Source of the DNA: Iphione sp. A-MEVVRFRX5
Lineage: Eukaryota
Assembly: GCA_976226885.1 (NCBI GenBank)
Contig: OZ320314.1
Location: 66,836,001 to 66,900,000 of the forward strand
Length of the DNA stretch: 64,000 nt
Direction: 5' to 3'
This document shows, one piece after another, positions 14,571-27,290 of this stretch; within the stretch, counting starts at the first letter, position 1, and each line of letters begins with the position of its first letter. The translations under genes were made by a program, and so were the position numbers. A model generated the notes under the pieces. The model searched no databases and was not told the DNA's origin. It saw nothing but the letters and a program-made list of their open reading frames with translations.

Positions 14571-14664
14571 ATGATGCCTGGCAACCTACGCACACACTGG
14601 ATTCTATTCATCATCTCCCTCGTCTCCTTCGTCACGGCCGCCACCTCCGAGACTCAGTCTGATG
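14571..14664 (+). CDS. Lar: LAR coding exon 1: signal peptide (MMPGNLRTHWILFIISLVSFVTAATSETQSD)
   Basis: ATG at 14571; basic n-region, hydrophobic core WILFIISLVSFV and small-residue cleavage site (VTA/A); 94 nt ending in consensus donor GATG|GTAAGT (phase 1), compatible with the Ig1 exon. Possible upstream acceptor tcttttcatgtctgtag at 14517. Confidence 0.85.
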
Positions 14665-17600
14665 GTAAGTGTCACCTTACTCAGCCTTCCCATGTCATTG
14701 TAACTTAGTGTTTCACGTAACCTTTTTTCCTGCATGGAGGTCAAAGGTCATAACAAGACTAATCTTATAATACATATACACACATATATATACACCTCTA
14801 ACCAAATAGACTTAATATTCTGTAGGCGTTAACTGGATTGTTACAAACCTCTCTTGTATACTTCTTACAAGGCTATTCCTCGATGACAATGTCTTGCTGC
14901 CAGTGTACTAACCAGGTAGCATAGAATAACCATAACAACATGATTGTAAAGGTCATGGCCAGTTTGAATGTTTAAGCCAGTAACCTGTTGATTGAAAAGC
15001 AAGCCTTGGTGGATTAGGGAGTAAGTGATTTGTTATTCGCTGAACTTCAGTTGCATAAAGACTTTTATGTCGTGTCGCTCCTAGATATGACCAAGTGGTT
15101 CCTTTGTCAATATCTTTGTACCTTCTTTTCTGAGACTACATGTACTCTGCCAGATCCATCATAAATTGTTACTTTACCCTCATCGGCATCATGCAGAAAA
15201 CGTCAACTTCAAAATAAGCTTCGTGTGGCCACGATATGTCAATACGAACAGTGTCAGCATGACAAATCTTGCGCATGAGTCGTCGTGCATAATCAGTCAT
15301 GCGAAGAAAGATAGATTACTTGTACTTTCCTGCCGACAACTGTAGCTGTGGATTAAGAACGCTGATTGTCGTTGTGTTCAAAGCAATCTACCCCCGACGG
15401 TTTCGTAGAAATTGTTTCTCAAGATTACCGAAATTATCCTTTTCATTTTTAGTCTTTTAAGTAGTTGAAAATTAAGGAAAGAGACATGAAATAACGTCCC
15501 TTAAGTAATATGCCAATTAATATTGGGAGTGTTCGCGATTTTCGTATGATAACAACAATCCTAGCTGTAACGAAAATACATGTTCACCTACCCATGTTCT
15601 CGATGATCTCGTGCGGGTTCTGTTCAGGTTTTGTTGCCGGGTTGTGTGGCATGCGTTGCATTGCCCTATTGCAACGAACAAACCCGCCACTCCCCCCCCC
15701 CCCCAAGCCTCGTCCTCCTCCTCCTTCGCCCCTATCAACCACCGCCATCTGAAGGGAAAATGTACGATGAAAAGTACAGCAAGCAAAGCAATAACCGAGT
15801 TTTTGTAACTAATAAAGTTCATTTACAGTCCAAAGAATATGGCTTCATTAAAAAAAGAAAGCCGATTTTTCCCCCCAGTGACCACCACAAAGCAAATTGT
15901 GCCCATCAATATAAGGAAGTCAGCCATATTGTTCCACGTTCCGTCGCAACGAGAGTAAAAAGTAGCTCAACGACAGCGGTAATCACCCAAACGGGCGCGG
16001 TTTATTTCATATCGGAACCGGACAAATGAGCAAGATGGATGCGTTAAGCTCCCTAATGGTGTAGCAGGCAGAGAGCTGTCTCCGCCCAAGCTCTTAGTGT
16101 GTCATACATCAGGTCTTCGACGTAACGGGGCTCACGAGCCAACTCGCTGCCCAGCTTGTCAGTGGAAGAATATAGGGAAGAATGTAAAGAATCAGCCTGT
16201 CGACGGTCTCCTAAAAACAGCTGCTAGAAGCAAAAAGGCAGTAGAGAGGGAAGTTCTTTCATTGAGCTGTCAGGAGCATTTGTTCGATAACTTGGGTGGT
16301 GGTTTTTGGTAGTTGCGGCTTGTGTCCATCAGCAATCACGATGAGACGGGTGTAATGGCATCTCGAGCCGTTATGTTCAGAGATAACCTTGCCACCTCCA
16401 GCAATTAGAGGGTGGAAAGATTACCTGAGCGTCGCCTATCCCTGAAACAAAGTGAGAAGGTTGCCTCTCTGTCCTCATCTCTGATGACAGGCTGCAAGAC
16501 GAGTAGCTGGCCAGTTCTACTTCTGGATGAGTCACTCATTTCTTGGCGTGTGAACGGTTAAGTAACCCGCAGGTCTGTTACCAGAATTGACACATCTGCT
16601 ACCCTATCATAAAAGTCATTGTTTACGCAGCATGCATACCTGCGCTGTCACCGAGTTGGGAGTCTAACCCAACTGTTCTCACCTGTCACTAAACGGGAAA
16701 GTTACCCGCCCACACTCACCTGCCAGTATGCAAACGCTTACCTGACCATACACACCTGTCTATTAGTTTATTGTTTCTTTCCTTCTGTGAGGGATACCAT
16801 TTTTTTCCTGAGTTCCTTCTCTCTACAAAATGGGTGTATCAGTTACACGACTGTGTACAAACTGACTACGAGTTTATTTTTTCTTTCTTTCAGTGAGGAA
16901 GACCCCCCTATTCGCTGAGTTTTTGTTCTGTACTAAATGACTGTCTACAATATGTTCAAGTCATTCTTGCTTGTAAAAGTTGCCCGTATTAAAAAAAACT
17001 ATACTTCTCAGCGTAGCTTTTTAAATTTTTTGTTGTTGTTAACATACTGTCCTTTGCTGCAGGGTTTTGAAGGTAGAATCTTGTTGCCAGACTCAGAGCG
17101 AGCGGACCTCGAGAGGAGTGTTGAGGCGCCCTTGATACATTAGTCTGCCGCCGTCTGGCTCCCACTACCCTTGCGGCTTATGGCAGACAGCCCCGGCCCC
17201 CACCACCTCCCCGGTCAGTCCCGAAGGAGCTCTAGCCAAGCGCTACCCTCACAAGTTGCTCCCGTGTAGTAGGTCGGCTATTTCTGGCTACACGAAATCC
17301 AAACAGGCCTCAACCTAAACCCATATAATGTGCCTGGCGAGAGGCCGTGTTAGGGACAGGAAGATCCGATCTGTTCACTTGAAGCACCAGATGCCGCTTA
17401 GCTTTACTGTTTAGAGTACCGCTCATTTTGACACAGTTAGGGAGTTGTGCTACGTCTACTTGCATGTCGTATTTTTCCAACTCATGGAAATAATATAGGG
17501 GAAACAGTTTCAGCAGTCAAACCCTTAATACTAGCCTTATGACCGTGTTTCCATGAACGTGTGGTACATGTACATGCATGTAGAAAAGTACGGTATTATG

Positions 17601-17847
17601 TTAACAGACAGGTAAATTTGAAATGAGCGAGCAGTGATTGTAAATTTCATACATCCATGCACCAGTAGCACATGAAAGAGTTTGGATCTTGTTCAGAAGC
17701 TGAGATACATTTATAAAAGTAGCTCAATTTGCATTTGAGTTAATAAAAGTACACACTTTACACAGTTTTGTCTCTGTTTCAAGTAATTTGCACAAAACAT
17801 GAACATACATGTGCTAAATGGTCCATTTTCAAGAAATTTACACAAAG

Positions 17848-18107
17848 NNNNNNNNNNNNNNNNNNNNNNNNNNNNNNNNNNNNNNNNNNNNNNNNNNNNN
17901 NNNNNNNNNNNNNNNNNNNNNNNNNNNNNNNNNNNNNNNNNNNNNNNNNNNNNNNNNNNNNNNNNNNNNNNNNNNNNNNNNNNNNNNNNNNNNNNNNNNN
18001 NNNNNNNNNNNNNNNNNNNNNNNNNNNNNNNNNNNNNNNNNNNNNNNNNNNNNNNNNNNNNNNNNNNNNNNNNNNNNNNNNNNNNNNNNNNNNNNNNNNN
18101 NNNNNNN
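17848..18107. other. Assembly gap (260 N)
   Basis: N run. Confidence 1.
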
Positions 18108-20494
18108 CATACACCCATGCACACACCCCTTGTTGTCGGAGGTTGCGGGGAAAAAAGAAGTTCTATTGGTATATGCATCAGTGAGTGGTGAGTTTGAAAA
18201 TCTAAACGTATTTGCTTCCTTTTGAACTTTTACTCTACATATGTATACCCTAATGAAGTGCAACAGAAACCCATTGTGTGCATCGTATTCCTTTTACACG
18301 AAATTTGTGTAAGGACAACGGGCAATATGGGGATGGAAATATCCGACGTTTTCATGGATTCGTTATTGGTCCACAGATTTATTGTTTGAAGAGGTTTTAA
18401 ATGAACAACAGTCAAATATCAAATTAGTTCGTTGCGTGCCTCAAGAGAAAGGGATGTGTAAATATAAGTATTTAGAAATTTAAAAAAAAATCTAGCTAAA
18501 TCTTTAATCTATGACCTCCATAACGGAAGAAAGGTTACATTATATTTGTATTTGTATAGTGTGCTTTGACATGTTTTGCGGCTCGTATTGATCGCTGTAT
18601 TGAACTTTCAGTGCACCCTTCTGTTGAAGGCAAACTATCGCTCTTCTGCAGTGAGTTGATTGCTGTTGAATGTAGCAGGTCTATTTAAGTATAGATGTGC
18701 TGCCTCTATATTCCTCTCCTTAACACTGACTGAACGTGGCATTTCAGAAATGATAATGGCAGGTCAATATCCAGTCAACGTCCGTCGTGACAGGGGATGG
18801 TGGCGGCAGTGAAAGGGCACCCCGACCTCTTGAGACTGGTAGCCCCGCCTGTCCAACCTAATCGCCCATCCTATCCGCCGTTCCTATCCGTCGACCGACC
18901 TTAACAGCTTATCCATTCCATACTCCATCCGCGTTCAACCAGTCGACGTCTTCCGGGCATATCACCATGTTTAACTTATTTCCTTTGCGTTTTGAATCTG
19001 GGTCCTCCATCTGCTTTCTTGTTTTCCAGCTGCGTCCTTGAGCTGAAACATGCATTCCTAAGACTGAAAGGTCATTGTCATTATTAATATTTGTGTAAGT
19101 ACGTTGCATATCTGTGTACATGTATGGGACTGTATAAATAAATGTAAGATACAGTGTTATAGGTGGGTTTTCCATATACATATACCCGTTCCTACGGTTT
19201 TTTGATCTGTAACCATGAATCACGTAACAATCCAGGACATAGGAATATACCTACTGCCTACCCATGTGTCAGAACATAATGTATAGTAAATGTGAATGCC
19301 AGCCCACGGTTAACGGATTTTACCAGTTGTGGATCTGTAACCAGAATACAAAAGTATAGGATGTGAGAGGGGTGGAGGGAGTGAAGGAAGTAGGGAGGCA
19401 TACAGAACATGGGCCGAAAATGCTGTTTTGGTCACGTCTCTGTAACTGAATTTGTTACATGGAAAGCCCGTCATATAGTCATAGAGACAGACAAACAGAT
19501 GGACAGGAAATGGACTGGAAAGAGAACACAGGCGAGACTGGTTAATAAGCTAACCAAAGAGCATCATTCCCTCTGGTTTAAGCTGGACGTAGTACTTTGC
19601 CTAATATACATGTACATCGCTAGCCCACTTGCAGCCAAGGCCATATGCTAGCAACTGAGTGTCTAAAATGCATTCATAGAGCTCTGGCAGAGAATGCCTC
19701 ACTGCACAACATGTAGTTCAGGGAGCCATGGGAGCCCCTGTGAGGGGTCTTGCTTGCTGTATAATAGCCCCCAAAGAAGCCTTGGGGTGGCCGTTGTCAC
19801 GTTTGACTGAGACTGCTCTGTGACCAGATGTGGCTGGCGTTGGCTTGCTTCCTAATTGGCTTCATTAGCGGCTGGGCCTGTGTCAGTGGCGCCGCCTGTC
19901 GTGTCTACGTTAGTGAGCAGTCCGCCTGCCCAAAGGTCACGAGCAGATCGGTCAATTGACCCAGCTGCTTGTTACCTGCGCTGACAGCGGCGGTCAGGTG
20001 GGCAGGCCAGATATATTGACAGTCGATGACGTTTGTAGGACATGGATGCTTCTGGGATAAGAACGTGGACAAAGCCATTCAGTGGGCATGTGATGTAGAA
20101 TAGAAATACGGTCAGGTAGGAGTATGGCTTTCTCCAGTTCCTCTCACAATGCACGCCCATTAATTAACACAGTCAGCTTCCTGTTTTCGGAAAGGCCATC
20201 AGCGCCCCAAGCATATATGTACTATAGTTGGGCATGAATAGCCAGCTGGTCGAAGGACCTGATATACTGGTGAAGATGAGCATGCTTATTACCGGCGTAC
20301 ATAAAATGAGTCATGCAAAAGTAATCTTGCACAAAAGTGGCAGATTTGTTTATTTTTTTAACATTTATTTTCTGGCTGTATTTTTATGCTAAATTCTATG
20401 TCATTCTATTTGATGGACAGATATAAGTAGATAAGCAGACGTTGAGGAAGATAGACGCGGCACAAGGACAGCCAGATAGGTTATTGGGGGCATA

Positions 20495-20701
20495 NNNNNN
20501 NNNNNNNNNNNNNNNNNNNNNNNNNNNNNNNNNNNNNNNNNNNNNNNNNNNNNNNNNNNNNNNNNNNNNNNNNNNNNNNNNNNNNNNNNNNNNNNNNNNN
20601 NNNNNNNNNNNNNNNNNNNNNNNNNNNNNNNNNNNNNNNNNNNNNNNNNNNNNNNNNNNNNNNNNNNNNNNNNNNNNNNNNNNNNNNNNNNNNNNNNNNN
20701 N
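20495..20701. other. Assembly gap (207 N)
   Basis: N run. Confidence 1.
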
Positions 20702-21439
20702 GGGGAAACACAAGAGAGAGACTGACCTGCCAAGTGCAGGCACCAGTAGGCACCACCTGCTAAATTAATAATAGCTCAGTAGGCAACGACCGTGGGACTA
20801 GTATATCTATGCTTGTGACGTATACGATGAGCCCTGATTTATGCTGTCACTCGCTAGCTCAGTGGCGATGACACTGGAGCTCCAACATCGGTGAATATTT
20901 ATGATATTATACCACAGACCGCACAAACATACACCATTGGGCCTTGGGTAAATTATTATACCATAGACTGCATAGACATACATCATTGTGCCCAGGGTCA
21001 ATTCCAACTCGTGTATTTTAACTGGCATTTATGTAACTATCATCCAAGGGTATCCAGCCCTTTATAACATGAAGAAATCCAGCGAACTTCATTCAAATAC
21101 TTCGAAATCTCTTAGTAGTCCACACTAAGACAGAGGTTTTACGGTCTTGAGGTTTTAGTGGTTGAGAAAGCGAAGGGCATGGCATTAGCAATTAAATGTC
21201 GGCGGCAGGTCGTTTGCTGCGGTGGACGATTAGAATAATTAGTGCTCGCCTGTCATCATGAGGATGATTTGAGATGTGCCCTGCACATTTTCTCTACGAG
21301 AAGACTTGGCTCCCGGAGAATGATTTAAGGCCGTTGCACTTTCCTAATTCACTGCAAGAATGCAGCGCTTCTTATTGTAGAGGAAAGGTACTCATTACCA
21401 TTACGTAGAGAGAAATATGTCTACCATAGCAGGAGGGAG

Positions 21440-21910
21440 CAGTGACAGAACCAGGTATTGCTTTGCCCAGGTCTGCTGGGGTCGTGTCAGCGCCGACTGC
21501 CTGGCTGGCGCCCGACTCATTGCTGCTCCTGCTACTGCTGGTGGTGCTGGTGGCGGAGGCGCCGGCTGTAGCAGTGTTCAGTAGCACTATGCGCGGCGCG
21601 AGTGCGGCGGCCGCCTCGCATCGATCGTGCACACCTTTTCATCGTTGGCCGTAGCGGGCGGACAGCCGGCAAACGCTCGGCACGCTGCCTCGGCCGCCCT
21701 GTGCCGGCCAGCGCCGCAGTGATTCACCTTTAAAACACAGCTAGCGTTGCAATATTTGCCGTTTAACTGGGCGGAAGTGGGAGGCGCCTTGTCGAGTGAT
21801 AGATATATGGCTGCCCCGACCGGTAAGGTGAACATCGCAGAAACGAAGGGCGGCGAAAAAAGAACTGCTACCAGCAGCGTCACCTGGAGATTCAGCAGCG
21901 TGACGGCGGG
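21440..21910. promoter_or_regulatory. CpG-rich island in intron 1 (possible alternative promoter or enhancer)
   Basis: High GC/CpG density, gggcggaagtg (GC box + ETS) at 21769-21779, strong downstream donor at 21823. Confidence 0.35.
21807..21822 (+). CDS. Candidate alternative first coding exon (MAAPT, phase 1)
   Basis: ATG GCT GCC CCG ACC G|GTAAGG: strong donor in phase 1 at the 3' edge of a CpG-rich island with a GC-box/ETS motif. No transcript evidence. Confidence 0.3.
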
Positions 21911-23026
21911 TACGGGGAGCACTTATATCGAGAAATATATTGTACGGAGACACACAAACATGCACACACATGTTGGCTATTCTAAGGCTCTTAGGCCCTA
22001 TTGGGCTTTTGCATGCGTCCCCTGGCGTGTGTAGTTGTGTCCATCGCCATGCCTTATTATTTGAATATCACGCTGGCCCACCCACAGGGATGTCTGTTGA
22101 GCCTAGGTTGAATTTGACTGGAAAAAGTTTGAAAACTGCCATATTCGATAGGAATAGCAGCAAAATGTAGGAGCAAGAACGCATAACTTGAGAGGTACAT
22201 GTACCTGCCCTCTTGCCGCTTATGAATTATGGGGCAATTCAAACTGCAGAGTCTGTTTACAGGTTACTTGTGCATTGTGTTTTAGCTCCAGGAGACACAC
22301 GAGCGCAGTATTCCAGTCACAATGCCACATTAGTTCAGACAATACCGAGTTTCTTCATGTTTCCTCTGCATCTGCAGTTGTTTGAAATTTTTGTCCAATA
22401 CATATGACGGATTTCTGGGATTAAAATATTGGTTGATATTCATATTTGTAGGAACTGCTAAGCGAAATTGGGATAAAGCAATGTGCCTAATCATCTTAAT
22501 GTTTGTCAGTATTGCCTTTGATAAAGTTAACCAAAATGATATGCCACCATAGCTATTGTTACATTTCTCTGCAAGCAAGATTTTAAAAAAACCAGCTTAC
22601 CACACTCAACCCCTCCCAGGCTAGCGTCTGTTCCCTTCCCCCACGCGAGGCCACCTCAACTGAGCGTGTCCCTTATACGTTGCCATGGTGATGGCCGAAT
22701 GCAGGCTGTGGTTGCCATGGAAGATTCCGCAGTGGTGAGTGAAGGACGAAGGTAGATTGGTCTGTAGATGCCGACTGGTGCCCAGCCCCAACCTGGGCTG
22801 TTCGGAGCAGATCCACCCCCCTGCACCTAAGTGGTGCGTGCTAGTGGGTCCGGGACGCTAGACATTGCATGTTGGGAGTGCATGTGTTGCCCTGGGGTCG
22901 CCCACACATGGTGGCCATCGCTTTAAGATATGCTTTTGGATCTAATATATTATCTATGTGCAGTCTTATCGTACACGTGTCTTACTCCTTTGAGAATCCC
23001 CGTCGCGGTGCTTTTAACCTTTCTAG

Positions 23027-23092
23027 TTCTTAAATTGTTAAAAGTAAGCCTTACTGCACATTCACGTAACGCCGAGTTACAGAAATTAGATG
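23027..23092 (+). CDS. Candidate 66-nt cassette exon (VLKLLKVSLTAHSRNAELQKLD), or 3' part of an alternative first exon starting at ATG 22930
   Basis: Acceptor cttttaacctttctag|, donor GATG|GTAAGT, phase 1-1, no stop. The frame is also open from ATG 22930 through a hydrophobic stretch. AT-rich codon usage argues against coding. Confidence 0.3.
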
Positions 23093-25961
23093 GTAAGTCC
23101 GATCTAGCTCGAGTTGACGAAGATCAATCGATTTTCCGGGTGACTTCGGCTCGGAGTTAGTACGTGAGGGGTTAGCCTTGGGCTAAGATAAGAGAGCGAG
23201 AGATGAAAGGCCGTCCTCATATGTCTATCAGTAACTCTCGGTATTAAAGCTAACGGTCATTGGCGGCAGTCCTCGCCAGGTGAACGCCTCGGTTGAGGGC
23301 GTCTGTCTCAAGACTACCGGTGCGTTCACCTCCCTCAGACAGCAATGTCCTATCAAGTGAGCCGTTCCTTTTGTGAAGCCGTGAAGCAACCGTGGAAACG
23401 GGGAGAAGAGAAACTAGGCTGCCTTTCTCCCGCCTATGACCTCACAAAGCCTCACTGAGGAGTCGAATTGCTGCACTAAGCTGAGAGAGATTTTAGAAAT
23501 AGTTTAGAACAGAACAAATAGAAGATTCCTGTTACGGTGTAACCTTAAGCTATAGATGTTTATTTATGTGCATGCATACGTACATTGATGAGCAAACGAA
23601 CATGTTTTAATAAAGTGAACTTGAGGCATATTGGCGAGTATGTTATCTCAACACAACTTGTAAAATGTGTGTGGCTGGCCGCGCAGGGTCTTGTCTAACA
23701 TTATTATGTCCCACGGTCTTTCCCATTGGGTAGATTTAGCTGGCCCTGTGGTGGTCAGATCTGACCCCAGTAACTATAAATCAGCGCCCTAACCTTGGGT
23801 AATCCTGAAATATGCCGCCCATCTTTAGGACAGCGGAATCCTGGAACGCCCCAAACCTGATTATCGGAGAGCCTGGCCTCGTGTGGGCCCGTCGGTTTCT
23901 TCGGGTGAAGACACTTTTCCTCTCTCTGATAGAACACCTCTCTCGGTCACGGATTCATTTAATACCGTAATGCCAAGCATAAAACATTCCCTATTTGCGG
24001 TTGTCATATTCCCTTTAGGAAGTTTTGTTTAACTCGCAACATGTATTTCACACTTTTTTCCCAAGTTACTATAAAGTGTAGCTTAAATTTCGATGAGACA
24101 TTACATTATCAAGATTAAATTGTGTGTGTGGGGGGGGGGGGTCGGGGGGGGGGGTCAACGAGAATGGTAAAGTCTATCGACAGGTCTGATTTAGTGTGTA
24201 TCGGAATACTTGATGTTGTCTCTTAAAGCGTGGGGGTGAAGGAAGATTATGCGGTAATAGCAGCCCGCCAGAGGCGCGCTACATCGGCAGCTGCCGTGGC
24301 CTCCATTTCCTGTGACAGGAAGTGGGTCGACCGTTGTGTCGGCGAAGGAAGCGGTTTGCCGCCAGCCCCGCCGTAGCTCTCCTCCAAAGAAGTGGGCACC
24401 CGGAGCTGGTCCTCGGTCCCTGGGAATGAGCTGCATTTCTGTCCACATCGTCGCCTTCCTTCAGTTGAACCGTCGTAGCGCGTCGTCTCGTGTCCTCTTG
24501 GCAGCTGCTTGGAGAGCCGCCCTGGATGCTATCCAGGTAGTTACACCACTTGGTCCACTGAGCTAGCCAAGACCACCCTCAAGGCATGGCGGATTCATGC
24601 GGGGAAATTAATGGATTGCTTCCTTGACTAGGGGTTCTAGTTGACAGTGAAGGAAAATGCGACGATAATTCCTTTTAATGTGGACCAGTGACAAGTCTTT
24701 TCTCTTTCTCTCTCTCTTGCTGCCATAGCGATGGCTTGTCTAGGTAGTGCTAGGTAGAGGAGGTTAGGGAGACCCCTGCACTCCTGTTAAGTCTACCTAT
24801 GGAGAGCAGTGGCGGGGACAAAAGTAGTGTTTACATGCTGCCGGCTCGCTAATGGCTTTACTCTCGGTGGGCGCAGCAGCTGATGCACTGTGCTGACCAT
24901 GCATGTCACATGGATGCCTCTCACTTAATGGAGTCGATCCATCAGTCGGCGAGCTTTCTGACAGACCATCCCACCCTCAGTCGTGGACAGCTAGCAGGCA
25001 CCAGCCATTCTCGACCGATCGCCGCAGCCTCGCCCGCCCAACGGGTACACCTTTGTAGATGACAGTGTAAACGGCGGCTGCGTGCTTACATAACTAATAA
25101 CATAAAACCAGACGGCAAGGCCAGGGCGCTTGGTCACGTGCCGGTGAGAAGTAGGGGCTGCTATTGCTCTCAAAGTCAAAGATACATTTATATGTACATA
25201 CAACGATGCTTTGTAGCAGTGCATGTTACCCCACTTAGTAGCAGCTCTAGGATGCTGAATGCCTGGGAAAGGCACGTCAGGATGGGCTTTTGAAGTTCTT
25301 TCTGCACGACATAACGGGCATTATAGTGCCGTACCGGTTGAAGGCATGCTAAATAAAGGATGCCAGCTTCGTCAACAGTGTTTCTTTGACGATTTAGTAC
25401 ATTCATATACATGTATACATTTTGTATTGTGTATATGCGTAACTATGTTGGTTTGAAATAGAGGGACCCAACATGCACCTCTACTTGCGGTCCCGTGCTC
25501 GGGGACCAAGGGACTGCTACATGTCGCAGTCGTAGCTGTATCCAGTCAGTTAAAACATATTTTGTTCAGTGACGCTGCTGTACTTAACAGAATATATTAA
25601 GCCACATCCTTTATAATGAGATTATACCATACAAAACAGAGCAGCTCTCCCTAGAGGTACCTCCCAGTTCGAAAGTATGTAGCTCATCTAAGAAATATAG
25701 AAAAATAGAGAAAACTTGCTCTTTTACGAATAGGCAATGAACCATTTTGCGCCTTTTTTCAATAAAACATTGCGACGGACACACGCATAGTAGTAGGACT
25801 GTTAACAGCAATTTTGAACAGGAAAGAGAAACAGGGATAAGACTGCAGGTCCATCTGGCGGCTGTTTGGTGCAAATGTCCTTGTAGTGTACATGTATACA
25901 TATGTGTACTTGGCCAGTGGAGGTATGTTGGCCCGACATATATATTCACTATGCTCCTCCT

Positions 25962-26024
25962 ATTGGACTTCATTACATTTTCTGCTGCCCAGTCATCCAG
26001 CCCGGCAGTCTTCACGTCCACATA
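25962..26024 (-). mobile_element. Possible decayed CR1-like RT fragment
   Basis: YVDVKTAGLDDWAAENVMKSN resembles YVDD...LDxWAxxNxMxLN. Spacing is compressed, so the match is weak. Confidence 0.22.
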
Positions 26025-27039
26025 CATGTATGTTCTTCCCTTGTTGCTGGTACTCTGTGCATCACCCCCGTCTGTACCACTGGAATCATTGAGCTGAGCC
26101 GGAATGCGGAATGGGCTGCAGCACAGCGGCCACCGACCCTGACCAAGGCAGCCGAAGAAGCCTGGCGCATACACGGTTGAGAATAACGTCGTTTGCTGCA
26201 GCAGACCTGGGTGATGATGCCTTGATTAGGTAGGCAAGCGAGCCCATGGGCTTTAGCTCCAAAGGGCAGCCGTGGCATATTCATCAGCTTACCATCTCGC
26301 GCCTTTCCTGTGACACTGCCCGTCAGGACTGCACAGGATTCGGGCACATACATGACCTACGCAATCCCGGCATCGAGAGCCTTACCAGACTTGTGCCTGT
26401 AATTGGTCGGGAAGTGTCCGGGAGCCAGCATTTAGCGAGAGCGGGGTACTTGGATGCCTTCTGGACCTTATTTCAGACTGCAGCCCCCGCAATATCCCTC
26501 CGTGTAGGTGTAGTGTGTGAGCTGGGCAAAATAGTCTTCTTTCCTGATTGTTACACTGTCTGTTTACAATAATCCAAGAGCTCAACTAAAATATACAGTT
26601 ACGGGTCCAGGAACAAGTTCCTTGACCAGATTAGCAAACTTTCCTTTTGAGAATAGATCGGAAACTTGGCTTATCGATAGAGTCTGATCGACCCGATTGC
26701 AGAGTACCATCTGAACTCCTAAAAACGGTGGTTCGGTGAGTGAAGTTATGGGTCGGTGATAGCTTATTAAAAAAGCTACTTTTATTGATAAAGATTCGTA
26801 ATCACTTATTACATTCGAGCTAACTGTAATACTAACTATACAGTACCGACTATTAGTTACCACCTTCAAATGGCAGTTATTAATGCAGGTACGTATCATA
26901 TACATGCACACTCTGCATACTGTACATTCAGTCTGGAGCATTTATCTGCTAGTGACTTATTACATTGTGTGTACACTTAAGGCTTATTCATGTGTCCATA
27001 TTTGTTGGTTTCACATCAGCATACAGGTGCGGATATTTT

Positions 27040-27290
27040 TCCAGTCTATACACATCAATACAGATCATCAGATGTATCCTTACTTAAGGATACACATACG
27101 GACACGTATCTCAAACCATCCGGAATGGATTTTGTCCGCATATGGATGCATATTCTATAGGAAGCAATATAGTAAAAGCACATCTGGTTAACATATGTTA
27201 GCAATTACAATAAGGAAACGACAGGGGTCTCTGTAAGCATCCGGGTGCAGAACTTATTTGTACGGATACATGTGAAATACCCCTATAGGG
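27040..27290 (-). mobile_element. Dispersed repeat copy related to 7488-7700, inverted
   Basis: Two separate blocks align by eye to the 7.5-7.7 kb copy in opposite orientation. Confidence 0.35.

Noticed and set aside
17711-20768. ORFs containing long X runs
   Set aside because: Artefacts of the two N gaps.
21442-21654. Leu/Val-rich ORF resembling a signal peptide
   Set aside because: GTG start with an in-frame TAG at 21427 upstream, no ATG and no phase-1 donor; hydrophobicity comes from CTG/GTG repeats.
22685-22741. ATG-containing segment ending at donor GTG|GTGAGT
   Set aside because: Available ATGs give phase 0 or 2, incompatible with the phase-1 LAR acceptors; could only be non-coding.
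24230-24570. GC-rich coding-like block on both strands
   Set aside because: All frames close within ~100 codons; no recognisable motif or splice pair.
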